In this document: one piece after another, positions 1-14,071 of the stretch | How positions within the stretch are numbered: position 1 is the first letter of the stretch | Layout: each line of letters starts with the position of its first letter | Assembly (NCBI RefSeq): GCF_009914755.1 | Contig: NC_060925.1 | DNA length: 64,000 nucleotides | Strand: one strand, 5' to 3' | DNA from: the human T2T-CHM13v2.0 reference genome, Homo sapiens | Position numbers and translations under genes: made by a program | The notes under the pieces: generated by a model | What the model was told of the DNA's origin: nothing | Database searches by the model: none | What the model saw: only the letters and a program-made list of their open reading frames with translations

Positions 1-979
1 CTCAGGTACAAGAGAGATCATCAAATTTATTGAATTGTTCCTGTATTATTATCAACTAAGAAAGTAATTTTCTGGAGTTGTAAGTTATAGAAGAAAAGAT
101 AAATATTGATTTAGTAATACTTGAAAGTATGTGGAGACATAAATCTTAAAGTTCAGGAAAATCTGAAAGCTGGACAAATAGAGAAACAAGAAAGAAATCA
201 AGAAGACTTCAGGCTATGCTCTTTAGATATCAGACCCACCTGGTGAAGCTGGACATGCTTGTTAATTTTCCATAGCTACATTTATTTATATAATTAAAAA
301 TTCATCCATAAAGCCTCATTGGTGGTGAGAAGACAAGAAAGAAGAAAGCCAGGGTATATTTGAAGTTTTGTGAAGCTCTCAAACTCTCCCCTTCATCCGT
401 CCCAGATAGAAGTGGAGGGGCTTGGAGACTCAGAAAGAAAGAAAACTATGAAACTTACAAGTTGTAACCACTTTTCCATTCATGTTTAAACCATGTGTAT
501 TTCAGCAGAAATGTAGCCCATGTAATACTGATTCATTTTCTCTGTAATCATCAAACTACTCTTTTCCAGGAGGAATTTAATGTCCACAAAGGGTTTTCAG
601 CCTTTTCAGAAAGATTTTTAATCCACTCTCCTCATAAAAACAGGAAGCTACATTTGCCAATTGTCAACGGACTCAATCATGAAAAGTTCAGATTCTCTTC
701 AAATTTTCAAGGCCATAAATTTCAGTAGATTTTCATTGTGGTAATTAGGTTCCCTAACCCCACAAAGAAAGGACAGTGTTTGCTCAGATGGGCGAGTCGG
801 TTTCCCACAGGGGTTACCAGAGCTGACCTCACCCAGCAGGTAGGGTTCCTGGTCATCGTACACTGTCCCCCTGTCCTTCACTTTTCCATGGTAATCTTGC
901 TCCTTCTTTCTTCCTCTCCTGATTTTATTCTCTCCCTTTCCACATTTATTTCCACAATGAAGAATATTTGATATTTTAT

Positions 980-1400
980 TTATATCAGGCTCTATTCTAC
1001 TCAACATGGTTATCAATGACTTGGATGAGGGATTACAGGCAGCTCAGATGCTTATAAAGTATGAGATAAAGTGTGAGATATTAAAATAAAAGGACAGGAT
1101 AATCTTTTAAATGATAGAGATGGCTGGTTCTAATAACATACTGAGTTTTAATGAAAAATAAAAGTGTTTTTCTTAGGTATAAAATATCTGTATGTAGATA
1201 TATAAACACACAGGAAAGAGTGCAATTTTTTAGGAGGTCACAGTTTAAGAGGAACTTCAGCAAACTAAAGTGTTTCCAGTGCAGGAAAATCTAGATGGGA
1301 ATGAATCTAAATGGCTTAATGTTATAGGAATTGGGATGATTAAGCCTGAAAATGAGAAGACTTTAAGGGCATAAGACCACTCTTCAAATAAATTAGAAGG
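980..1400 (+). mobile_element. Ancient CR1/L3 LINE remnant
   Basis: ~985-1065 translates SGSILLNMVINDLDEG...LIKY, resembling the CR1 RT motif LFNIFINDLDEG...LIKFADD; 1235-1400 resembles the L3 ORF2 3' region. Confidence 0.55.
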
Positions 1401-4400
1401 CTAGTGAACAACTGCCAATACATTTTATAGTCAGATTTATATCGACACCACTGAACTAGATGGTTCCCAAAATCTTTTCTAGATATGAGATTCTGTGTTC
1501 TTCTCCACCACGGGCTATTCCAACCTTCTCCTTCAGAGCACCTCCACCAGTCTAGAAATGTACAAATACTAACAACTGGTTTGGAATGCCCCAATATAAA
1601 ATTTTCAATGTCAAAGATGGTTCTGGCTTTCACATCAACTTTTTGATAGTTTTGTTTTGTTTTCTCAGACTCTTCTAAAAGGTCTGCCTGACTACACAGA
1701 AGTTATTTTCTATAAGACTAAAACATATAAAGAAATTCATGCCTAAACTTGAAGCATCTCATCAATTTGTAATCAAGTCTCTTTTGCATAGACATGTTGC
1801 TCAAGTCTTTTAAAAAACATCCACAAGCAATTTCTTCTCTCCTTTCAGGATTTTTAACCACTGGAATGAGCAGCAAGAAATGGGAAATGAATTCAATGAT
1901 GGGAGAAAATAACGGTCATGGTTTCTTATGACATTTAAGAAAATGGGAAAGTAGGATAAACTCATCTAAGTAACTATTCTAAAGGTTGAGTATTTGGCCC
2001 CTTTCTTGTCCAACATAACCATTAACAGTTGTGACCCAAGGAGTTCCAGGACATAAGGCTGAGCATTTGAATGACAAGCTAGGAGGGTGCCTGGTGGTGA
2101 GCACTCACTGTGTGCATGTGTGCCATCCAAAATGTTTCATATGGGAAAACTAAGACAAGAAAGTTAATTAACTTTACAAGATAGAAGGAAAAAAAAAGTC
2201 CATTTTCACTTCAGTTTACCACTGTGAGAATTGAAAAGATTCCACTTCCAAGAAAACTATTAATTTCTACAGTGTCAGCATGCTTTTTATAAACTGCATT
2301 TTTATGATACCATGCTTGGTGTTGGAAACATTTTATACTCCAGAGGAAAGTCTAAGTTTTTGCAAAGTGGAGGAACAGTATCATATTTAAACCATTTGAT
2401 CTATTTTTAAAAACACTGTAGTTAAGCCTACAGAATGTCTTTTAAAGTATTTTAAATAGAGCCTTTTACAAGACATCTCAAACGGGTAATATTCTGCTCC
2501 GTCTCTCCTTTGTCTTGCTTTCTGCACATTCTGTGTGTTCCAAGAATGTGCGCTGTCCACAGAGTCAGATTGCTGGATGTCCAATCCACAACCCACATAT
2601 CGATAGAGACTCCTCAAGCTCCAGCATGAATTAATCCGCTGCCTACCACATCCTCTTTTGGAAGAAGAAGAGCAATCAATGTGATTAAATAATGGGAAAG
2701 AGTTTTTGCAAGAAAAGTTTAAAGGAACTGGAGGTGTTTCACCTACAGAAGAGAAACAGTGATTTGTACACAGCTCTTCAGTCACTGAAGATTTCTTTTC
2801 TAAAGGCAGTAAATAATTATGTTCCACATCCACAGAGAATCAACAACAACAACAACAAAAAAAACTGTGTTTAAGTTATATCCAGAGAGTTTACCATTGA
2901 GCAAAAAAAGGTATTTTCAAGGTTTGAGTGATAAAGCAGTAAAATGATCTCTTCTAGGAGGTTATAGAGCCTGTCCTGCTAAAGAGCTTCCATAAGAGAA
3001 GAGTTGCCCCCACGTCTTGAATGGTGTAAATAAAGAAGGTCTGTGACTAAAATGCAGAAGTGGGACCTTGTGGCCCAATAACCCAAGACAGAGATGAATA
3101 TATCCTGTTATAAAGGCCTGTAAGAAAAGTATTCTTGGAATTTGCCTTGGTAGTACATTCTAGTACTTAGCAACCTTCCCTATCAGGGAATTCCTTTTCC
3201 GAGGCTCAAAGCTCATGTGTTACATTCAGATCTTTCTCTATGAGAGTGAGGATGTATAACACACCCTTGAGTGGCCCTTGTAGATGCGTTGCCAGCTTCC
3301 ACCTCAGTATGGTAGTGGTCTATCTAGGCTATTGTCTAATGTGCCCATCACAGGGCCATAAATAGAAGAGCCCTTCATAGAGCACATACCTGATTCTTCT
3401 GACCATGAGGAAAAGAGTCACATGTGCTCTTGGCTGACCTCAAAAGAGATGTAGCATCAAATTCAACTGACCTCAAGTACATTTTTAGTAACTCTTATTT
3501 CCACAGCTCTAGGCTAAGTGCTGGCCAGAAACATAAAAATTATAAGTCATATTGTCAGCCTCAAGTTGCTAAAACATTTGGGGTAAAAATAAGACATACG
3601 CATATTAAAGAGATAAGAGTGAAACAGCTTTTGTTAAACGACACTGTGACAGGATGAAAAAGTACTGAAGAAATCAAAGACGACAGGGACATCTGCAGAG
3701 TAGAGTAGCTGGGAAAGGCTTCATGGAGGAGATGGGACCAAGTTTGGAAATTTGAATACCTGTCTTGCTTAATTTTTCATCTAAGTGACTTCCCAGACTT
3801 CTCTTTGTCCTCTGTAAAGTACATTGACCGATACCCGCAAGCAGCTGATCACTTTTAGTTTGTAGTGACTTGCTTCTAAAAGTGAACGTTTTTATACCAG
3901 CTGAATTTGTTTTTACAGTTTAGTAAAATATTATATAAATGGATGAAACAGTAAAAAAAAATTCCTAGAAAAGCTAACTTATATACCTTGAAAATCGCTG
4001 ATATATATGAGTTGCTTAAAAATATTCTCCCATGTAGGTATTGGTGAAATAACTGTAAAGAAAGGTAACTGTTAATAAAATTAGAAGATTTCTAGACACA
4101 GATTGCTTCATGAGTATTTTTCTGTTCTTAGTCCACTTTAAAGAAATCCAATTGGAAATCATAAGCTATGTAAAGAAGACAACATGAGCTCTAATCCCTG
4201 AACTCATACTCAGAAAACATAAATTAGCCTTGATCATACATTTTTAAGTTATTCTGTGCTCAGTTATATGTTTTTACAATAAAATGAAATATTAAAATAT
4301 ATGCTACCATTTTTAATGATCCTCTTCTTTAAGTGACTTAATTAACCTGTCAACTACTTATTCGATAGCATAAGCACGGTTAATAGGGCTTTTGTTGGCA

Positions 4401-5049
4401 AAACTAACCTAAGAAGCACTGGACCAGAGGGACAAGGACGTGGTTTCTAGTTTTGCCTTCTCATTGGAACTTGGTCAAGACAATTCCTTGCCTGGCTGGC
4501 TCCAGTTTTATACTCCATAAAGTAACTGTGGTAAATTAGGTCTCTCTACAGAACACCTCCCCGCCCACCGTCCACACCAAGCCTTGGCATTCTGCAAATC
4601 AATGATACCAGCTTTCATAAGCCCTTGGTGCATTGCAAACCTATAACACAGACTTGTTAACTAACAATCATTTGCACTTTTTACTGTCCTGACATAGCAC
4701 ATTTTTAAATGTTCCAGTCTTCCAGTGCCCCTAGAACTGATCTTATTTCTCCTTATGACTGCTTTTTTCTCAGAGAAAGTGTAGTATTTAAATTTTGATC
4801 TCCACTGGGTTTGAAGCAGAATAGAGAGCAAGGTGTGTGAGAAAACGACACTTCCCACAAGTGAAAAAATATGAGAGACAGTTACTATGGGGGTTTAACT
4901 TTAGGCAAAAACAAATCCTTGAGGCTTTTGGCCTGTACCTCAAGAAGAGATCTGAGAAATATGCTAAGTCATTTTTATATAAACCAGGATGCATCCTTCC
5001 CAACAAAGAAGCGCTGCTACATCCTTAGCTGGGGAGAAAAAAAAAAAAG

Positions 5050-5335
5050 GACTGTAAAATGCAAATAAATTGAGGAGGATACCAAATGAGGTATGATTGC
5101 ATGTACTGGATCGTGGAAATAAGTGGGAGATTAGTGGAAAAACTGTCGAAATCTGAATAAATATTGTAGTCTAATTAATAGTAATGTACTAAGGTTAATT
5201 TTTTAGATTTGACAAATATATCATGGTTATGTGGGATGTTAAAATGAGGAGAAGCTGGGTATAGAATACACAGGAATTCTCTGTACTAACTTTGCAATTT
5301 TTCTGTAAATCTAAAGTTATTCTAAAATAAAACAT
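5050..5335 (+). mobile_element. Old L1 (L1MC/L1ME-type) 3' end fragment
   Basis: Ends in ctctgtactaactttgcaatttttctgtaaatctaaagttattctaaaataaaa, a typical L1MC/ME 3' terminus. Confidence 0.75.
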
Positions 5336-7936
5336 TCATACTCCAAAAAATTAGAGGTGCAAAAGATGACAGAGACTTACAGAGAGTGAGAGTTTCAGGG
5401 AGAGAGAGAGAGAGTGCAAAAAGAGGGTATTAGGTGAAGAAGGGAAGGACACAGACAGCCAGAGAAGTGGGACTATATTATAGAGAATTTTAGCTCATGG
5501 TTGGTTTCTATTTACTTCCTTTGCAGTCTTGTTAGTCTGTGCCTTTAAGGAAGTTGGATACAAGTATTCAACCATTTTCTGCTAAAATGGTGCACTGTAA
5601 TAAAAGCACCTCCTCCTCAACCCACTTACTGCTACATCAAACACTACAAGGATGGGAAGAGAAATTCTGCAATTTATACTTTATTTGCATAAAAACAAGA
5701 TTTAGTAATGAAGAGTATCCCATGCTGTTACCCTTGCCCAAGTTGTCACCCAGGAAAATTATTTTTCCAGAAAAACTGGAAATCCCCCTGAGTCACCCCA
5801 TTCCCTTGCTCTGATATTGGGTTTCCTCTGAAAAGTGCCTTGTGGCATGATTGTGTTACCCTTGGGTTTAGAGATTACCACAGCAACCCAGGGAAGGAAA
5901 TGTTTGCCCATCCTCCTACTGACAAGGACCAGAATCCTGTAAAATCCAACTTTTTTTGCTATCTTTTAATTGGGATGACTCCCTTCCAGGGGACCTAGAT
6001 TACTCATAGGCCCAAAATACATTCCTGTAAGTTATCAAAGCCCAATTTGGAGAAGAAAATATTTGCCAAAGCCTACATAGTGGCATGGCTATCAGCCCAG
6101 AAAGGCAATGACCAAGTAGCTCACACATGGAGAAATTAAAGAATATATATTTTCCACTGAAAAGCAGAGAGATATTCACAGATGGGTTTTCCATGGGTCT
6201 TTTGCAGATGTGGAGTAATACATGTTCATGGTCTTTTCAGCTGCCTTTCCCCTTTCTATCTAAGCTTCTCCTTCCATCTAGCGCCAGTGGAGCCAAAGTG
6301 ATAGAAGGAGGAAAGAAAGGAGAAGGTTATCTAAGAAAACACAATCTTAGGTGCCTCTAGAGGAAATATGGCTACTTTGTGAACTCTTTTTCCTCTTTAT
6401 GCTCCAGAATCCTATTCCTAGTTATATCATGCATTCTGTACTATTGGTTCAATTGAATCAAATAGCATTACATAAAAATAGAATTTTAGTGCTAGAGTTT
6501 GCCATCTCATCCAATTCTTTTATTATTTGGACATATAGCCACAAAAATAAAATAAGAAAGATAAGTGCATATCAAAGCAGTTAGTGGGGGCAGGACTGCT
6601 CCTCTCATTTATGGCCGTTATCATCCACAAAAAAATATTAAACATGGACCGTAGCTGCATGGAGCCTGGGAAAATGAGTCAAGGACCGGACCAACTGCTG
6701 TATGGTGAGAGCTGACAAGCAGACATGTCAGCGTTTACCTGGGGTAAGACAGCCAAAAGCAGGCAAGATATACAATACCATATACTTAGAAAACCTTGAG
6801 TGAGCCACAGCCAGTCTATATTTTAAAATATTGATTTAAATTCCAACCTCAGAACATTCACTTCTAAGGAACAGAGAAAGCTTATGCAGTTCAAATTCCA
6901 ATTTGAAATATAAATAAGGACTTTTACAACTCTTATGGTGGTACATGAACTGTAAAACAAATTCTCTTTAGCCGCACTCTATGTGTATATCTTTCGCATA
7001 AAAGTTTCTTCATTGGAAATCTTTTAAGTGATGAATGGTGCAGAATGATCATATGTCGTCAGGCCTCAGAGAGTCATGAGAGGAGAAGGGGACTAAAAGA
7101 CAGAAAAAGAAAAACTTCTGTCTTTCCAATGCTTTCAGAATGGTGCTCCTCCTTAGGGAAAGTTGCCTGTAACTTCAAGTAAGGCTTCTGTGGCAGCAGG
7201 CATACAGAGGTAAGTACACCTACTTCAGGGGGCTCACCTAGGACAGCTTAATGAGTTACTGATCTCCTAAAAGCATCTAGAGGCCCAACTACTTTGTGGG
7301 AGTGGAGGAGGGAAATAGGTAGGGCTAATCCCATCCCTAAGGACAAAATAAAATAAAAGGTGATCACTCAGCCACACAGAGTAGAGGAAACTACTCTATT
7401 GCCTGTGTGGGTGAAGTCCAAACATTGCAGGCTGGAAGTAGATCCCAAAATACAATATATTCCTTTCTCCATTCAAAGACATCTGAAAGAAAAATAATGC
7501 AGTCCTCAAATTTTATCCCACTCAGAAAATAGCCCTCTACATGAGGAGCATTGTTGTTCAAAAAATGCCCTTGAGATCCATGCCTCATAAGTAACACCGC
7601 CTTATAATGAGGTATTGTTTGCCCCTTTGTTTCTAACTCCCCTCAAATGGTATCAAAGATCATCCTGCCTCAGACTGGATTCCATTCAATATTAAGACAT
7701 CATACTGAGGTTTTGGCATTTATTTAAGAGCCAAAGGACAAAACAGCCAGCTGTCGGTAGCATTTTTTATGTTCTATCATTTATAACCAGAAAGCAACGA
7801 TTTTGACCACTTTATGATATGCAGCCACTAAAAGCCATATATTCAACTAGAAAAGCTTAAGTAATCACTGAACCTTGCTTAAAATCCAGAGAGAAAAGCT
7901 GCTTCATTTAAATATTGGTAAATGCTTAGCATAAGC

Positions 7937-8158
7937 TAGGGGTCAGCAAACTATAACCCAGGGTCTGGCCCTACTGCTTGTTTTTATAAATAAAGTATCA
8001 CTGGAAAACAGGCATGCCCATTCATAGACTTCTTGTCTATAGCTACATTCACAATACGATGGCAAAATTGCGTAGTAGTTGCCCCAGAAACCGTATAGCC
8101 CCCAAAACCAAAAATACTGACTATCTGACCTTTTTCAGAAAACATTTGCTGACCCTTG
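7937..8158 (+). mobile_element. MER58A (hAT-Charlie MITE)
   Basis: TIRs aggggtcagcaaa ... tttgctgacccttg; internal tgtttttataaataaagt...ggaaaacaggcatgcccattc matches MER58A. Confidence 0.85.
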
Positions 8159-9739
8159 GATAAGCCATAACTTTTTCTTTTCAATAAGGTTATCTTCATT
8201 CCGGAACAGAGAAAAATATCTCTTAAAAGACAAAATAATCTCTTCTGAATGGGCTTAGGTTAAATATATCTCTAAAGGTATGTGCATTATTCTGCATAAT
8301 AAAATCAGTTCTCCACATTTACTTCCTCTCTGATGGAAGTCGGCTATTCTACCATATTGGAGCAAGGGCAAAGTCATGAAGGCATTCAGTCTTTGTATAC
8401 TGTAAATTAAATTGGACTCTACAATAGCTTTTGTTTGAAGAATGTTTAAAGACACCATCATAGCTTGTTCTCATGGTCATGCGTTTTTCTTCAGAAATAA
8501 GTAGAAGTTTTATTGAATCATTTTCATTGATTAAGAAATCATCTGAAGATTGTGGAGAGGCCACGATGATTTTTAATTGGGTTTTTTTTTTTTATTTCAC
8601 ACAGTCTTCATGATGAGGGAATGTAAAAAGAATTATACTCTAGCTCTCTCAACATAATTCCCTGAAGAGCATACATTCTGATTGACTCCTTTTTGACTAA
8701 AAAAGCATTTTGTGTGTCTTTCTATATTATCCATTTAGCTAAAAGAGACAGATGAAAAATGAATAAAATAAACTCTGCTCCATTTCAATAGTTTCTTTTT
8801 AGTTGTTTTTATTTTGCTTAACCAAGTCACTTGGCCTCAGTTACCCCGGTCATGGGAGCTTTGTTCATGCTGGATACCCTTCACTCTAATCCTCAAAGCC
8901 TCATATCCTGTTTTTCAGTCTTTCTCTTGACTTTAGCAGATGTTGTCTATTAATGTGTCTGAGAGCTTAGGACGTTTCAATTATGGACCAAAGAAACAGG
9001 CTATTTTCACTCCTGTGCTTCCATGAAGTTACTGTCCATTTGTCATTTGCAAGAGTGTGATTATCAGTACAAATAAATTGCAAATTGAAAGATGTGGAAT
9101 GAACTGGCCATCCAGACTCAGATTCTGTGGATCAGAAAGCAGAAATGTTCCTGTTGTCCCACTTTATTCATCAAACCTTGTAAGTCTTATTGGTCTAACT
9201 TGATCCAGGCAAAGCTTCCTTGTTTTTAAAATCTGGCATCCATTCGACTTACCTTGTTTAGGTTTCAAAGCACAGTATAAATCAAGAGACAAGCTGTGAA
9301 TGTGTATAGAGTATGTGAAAAAGAAGGCAGGTATTCTGGTCTGGCTGAGTGTAAGATCACTGCGGGAAGTTGGTGAAGATGAGGCTGGAAGAGGTAGAGT
9401 GAATCCTGATTACCTTGTTAAGGCATTGCTTATTCTCAAGGCCATGGAGAACCAATGAAAATGTTTAAACAGTCAAGACAACTGGGTTCTGAAGTTCCAT
9501 TCATTTCTCATTAGCTGACTGCTTTTGGACATTATTTGACCAGTTTGTATTTAAGTTTTACCAGCAGTTGAAGGAAGAAAGTAAAACTTACATTATATGA
9601 CTTGCAGTATTGTTTAAAGAAGAAAATGAAATGTGCTTACAAAATATATGTAATGATAAGGTTTTACAATTATCACTATATTCATCATAATGCCCCAAGT
9701 TATTCAATCAAGTTCAGTTCCACTTTAGCAGAGTAGACC

Positions 9740-9945
9740 TGAAATGCCTAGGCTTGAATCCTGGCTTCATGACTTCCTGTGTGACTTATCTAACCCTCAA
9801 ATTCCTCACTCAAAAAATGGAGATACTTAATAGTACCTACTTTCAACCTACTAAACAGTAAATATCTAGGATGGAAATTACATGAGACAATTCACATATA
9901 GCACTCAGGACAAGGTTTCACATGTAATAAGAGATAAGGGTTAGC
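9740..9945 (+). mobile_element. MIR SINE
   Basis: tgcctaggcttgaatcctggcttc...tgtgactt...cctcaaattcctcactcaaaaaatggagata, the MIR core. Confidence 0.7.
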
Positions 9946-10139
9946 TTTGTCATTATAATAATTAATAGCTCACAATGGGAATGTTATATGAGCATGAAGG
10001 AGAGAGCTACAACATTATCCCACAGCACTGTGGAGTATGCACAGAGTAATTCCAGTGGATAAATTATACTAGTTGATAGATGCCTTTCTTGGCTTGATGA
10101 GTAGTGCACATACAAGCTGCTCAAGAAATGTTAGTTCCT

Positions 10140-10650
10140 GCATTCAATAAGCATTCAATAAATATGTGCTGAGTGTCTAATTCATACCACTCAATGTGGA
10201 ATATACACTGAGCAAGATAATCTATAGTTTGGATTTTACGAGCCAAAAAACAAACAGTGGGGGTTGCTAAAGGAATGCATTTCAGGGCTGCCTAGTGCAG
10301 TCCAGGAGGGTAAGAGAAGGCTTCCTGGGAGGCAATAATGTCTAAGGTGAGACTTGAAGTAGGAAAAGGAGTTGGCCATGTAAAGCAGGCTGGGACAGGA
10401 AGAATATTTCATCAGAGGCAACAAGATATGGGACGTCTCTGAGATAAGAGTGATCGTGGTGATCCGTATACTGAAGGACAATTAATATGGCTAGCGAGTA
10501 GGATATGATGGGGAAATGTGGTGGCAGTAAGAAGGATTCTGATGGCAGAGGGTACTGGATGTAGGTGGATGCACTTAGGCATTATTCTGAAGGCAACAAG
10601 AAGCAATTAAAGGGTTTCAAGCAAGGGAATGTGAAATAATTATCTTTGCG
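10140..10650 (-). mobile_element. L2 LINE 3' fragment
   Basis: cattcaataaatatgtgctgagtg tail followed by gaaggcttcctgggagg...ctaaggtgagacttgaag. Confidence 0.7.
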
Positions 10651-11303
10651 TTTGACAAAAACGTAAAACAAATGAAGTCTTTCTTTTTTCTGTGTGGAAA
10701 CTGAAGTTATCTGGCTGAAAGGTGATGGTTGTTTCTATTTTTAAATCTTAACATTCAGCCATAAAGGACAGCAGCACATAGGTTTGAGATATCTGGGAAA
10801 AATAATTGAGGAATTGAAGGGGGAAATGAGGCTGAGGGAGGGATTGCTTACTAAGCCACACATTTCTTAGAGTAGATGAAGGTCTTGTTTCTATTTCTGA
10901 ATTCCAATTGTTTTCAGTGATCAGGAATCATATTGTTTCAATATAAAAGCATTGCATGTGACAGAAATAAAAGAAAAAATTCAATATTAAGTTATGTGCT
11001 GTTACCCTTCCCATCTCCCTCACCCTTACCTGCCTTCCAAGAAAGAAGGACTCTTCCTTTCAGGTTCAGTTTTTAGATTCTCCTTTGCTGCAAGGAATGC
11101 AAGGAAAAAGCTCCAGCAGAAAAATTGAAAGATATCTCAGGGACCAAGCCAGTTTATCTAATAAGTAATTGAGCCAGAAAGAGGAGGAAAGAAGTAAGAA
11201 ACATAGCTGGGTTTGCAAAAGTTTGGGAAAGCTTGACGTGGTTGTTGAGGAATACTTGGGAGTGCAGTAAAGTGTAGGAGACATTAAGAATAAGGATAAT
11301 ACA

Positions 11304-11647
<344 letters not shown>

Positions 11648-12505
11648 TTATAAATTATGTAATCACGAAGTATAATAAGTAAATTGTTTTTCAATTATTT
11701 TAAACGTAGGAGTTGCATTTCCCTGATTACAACATCATGCTGAAGTGGGACTACAACCCCTCTAAATTATGGAAAGTTTATCTATATAATAAGGAGGCTT
11801 ACCCAGAACTTAAAAAGATCCATTTCCAGAAAGACCTCCTCAGAATTCTTGCCAAGGAGGAAAGAAAAGAGAAAGAAAAAAGTCATCTTTTTTTTTTTTT
11901 ACATCGAAATACATAGGATGTAAAGTAAGAATTTTGGCAGACACTGGTCTTTCCCTTCTAATGTATGCTCACTTAATAATATTTAATAAGAATGTTCTCG
12001 AGAAAGATAAATGAAAAGGAAGCTCCAAGGAAAAAAAAATGCAGACCCAGGATGCCCTGAGCAGCAGCATAACAAAGGGTGAGAAATCACAGGATAATCA
12101 TTATCTGCTCAGAACAGAGCAGAGGAAGGGTTTGTGTTCTATTGCCGCTTAAAATATTTTACATAAATGAATCAACCAAAGAGTGGAAGCTAAATCAAAC
12201 AATTTCACAGACTAAAAACAGGAAATCTAAAACCACAGAAACGAGAAAAAAATACTGCTTTAATCGACAACAATTTCAATGTGATTCATAAGAAATCATC
12301 TTATTTCTTATATGATTTCAATGTGATTCATAAGAAATCACATTGAAATTGTTGTAGAAGAATGCAATTACTTCAAGCAAACAATTATCCAACCTGTTTT
12401 AGAGAAGGAATGTTTAGGAGCATAGGAGAGCATGTAGCCCAAGGAGCGCATGACCAGGGGGCTCTGCTTTGCAAAACTATGTCTCTGTATCTAAAGTTTA
12501 AACTG

Positions 12506-12824
12506 GGCCAGGCACAGTGGCTCATGCCTGTAATACCAATACTTTTGGAGGCCAAAATGGGAGGGTGTTTGAGCCCAGGAGTTTAAGACTTGCCTGAGGA
12601 GTTTAAGACCCGCCTGGGCAATTTAGTGTGACCTCATCTCTATGAAAACCTTAAAAAACTAGCCAGGCAATGGTGGCACACCCCTGCAGTCCAAGCTACT
12701 TGAGAAGCTGAGGTGGGAGGATCGCTTGAACCCAAAGGCGGAAGTTGCAGTGAGCTGTAATCATGCCACTGCGCTCCAGCTTGAGCAACAGAGCAAGACC
12801 CTGTCTCAAAAAATAAAATCAAAT
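12506..12824 (+). mobile_element. Alu (AluJ-type) with a short internal duplication
   Basis: Dimeric Alu; ggagtttaagac..gcctg occurs twice at ~12577-12617; TSD taaagtttaa. Confidence 0.95.
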
Positions 12825-13850
12825 AAAGTTTAAGTTTATAATGTTTACATGGGAGGATTAGGATTTGGGATGTTTTATTATTTTTTATTCTAAAAACAAT
12901 AATGAAATTGTCTCTGAATAAATATTGTACCCAGTACACTGTTTAGGGAATACAAAATTGGGTGTAACTGCTGCATAGAGCCCTGGTGCCACCCAAATGG
13001 CTAAAAAGCTGTGTTTTCATTCCAGAGCTAGACTATGTGAAAAGGGAAAATTGTGTGTGAGAAAGAAATGTATTTGGATACTGGATCTTCAGTCAGCATT
13101 CACATCTATGGAAAAACTGAGATATTCTATTTTTAAACTTCAATGTTCAGCCATAAAAGAAAATCAGTTTGAATATGCATCATTGGAATTGAGTTTCTTC
13201 AATTTGTTCCATACACTAAGCACCAGTTACCAGCTCTACACCGTTTGGCAGCTCCCATCAGAATCCAACAGCAAGACACTTACACTATTTTACAAATATC
13301 AAAACAATAGAGTGTGTGGTCCTCGTTCATCAGCAGGATACGCCAGTACATGAACACACTTTCCTCCCTGTAGTCCACCAAAGAAGCATGGAAAAAATGC
13401 GATCCAATCCCTGCATTGTACAAATGTGGTGACCAAGTGACTTGTCAGGAAGAAGAATGCTGGAACAACTTCCAATTACTCAACCCAGGTTATCTCCAAA
13501 GGAAGATGCAGATGATCATTAATCTGTATATGCTAAAGATAATCAATACTTTCTTCCCAAACTCCTACCACCCATGAGAGAGAATCAGAATCAACGATAA
13601 AGTCACCACAATTTCACTCTACTTTTACTTCAAAATGATTATCCCAGCTTGGCGAATAAGTTATCATTTTTATTTAAAAAGTAAGCTGAGCAAGGTAAGA
13701 TGCCCTTCCACAAATTTCCTAGGCTATTAATAAGCATTAAAACCCAGAAGTCCGAATTCCCAGTCCAATGCTTATCCCAAATTCCCAGTCCAATGCTTAT
13801 CCCACAAGACTGTAGAGTTTCCTGTAGCCTCCCCTCCATACGGGCTAGAG

Positions 13851-14071
13851 CAGCATTTCTCAACCCTGACACTATTGACAATTTGGACCAGATAATTATT
13901 TGTTGGGAAGTGAGGAGGGAAGCTGTCCTGTGCATTGTAGGGTGTTCAGCAGCACTACTGGCCTCTACCCACTAAACACCAGTAGTACTCCCCAGTTGTG
14001 ATGACCAAAAATGTCTTCAGACATTGCCAAATGTTTCCTAGAAGGCAGGATCACTCGGTTGAGAATCTCTG
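13851..14071 (-). mobile_element. MER20 (hAT-Charlie), full length
   Basis: Reverse complement of the MER20 consensus; TIRs cagcatttctcaacc / ggttgagaatctctg; 8-bp TSD ggctagag / ggctacag. Confidence 0.92.

Noticed and set aside
9253-9385. Minus-strand exon candidate with a perfect AAG|GTAAGT donor
   Set aside because: The acceptor lies in a probable L2 remnant and the pairing is arbitrary. Too weak without RNA data.
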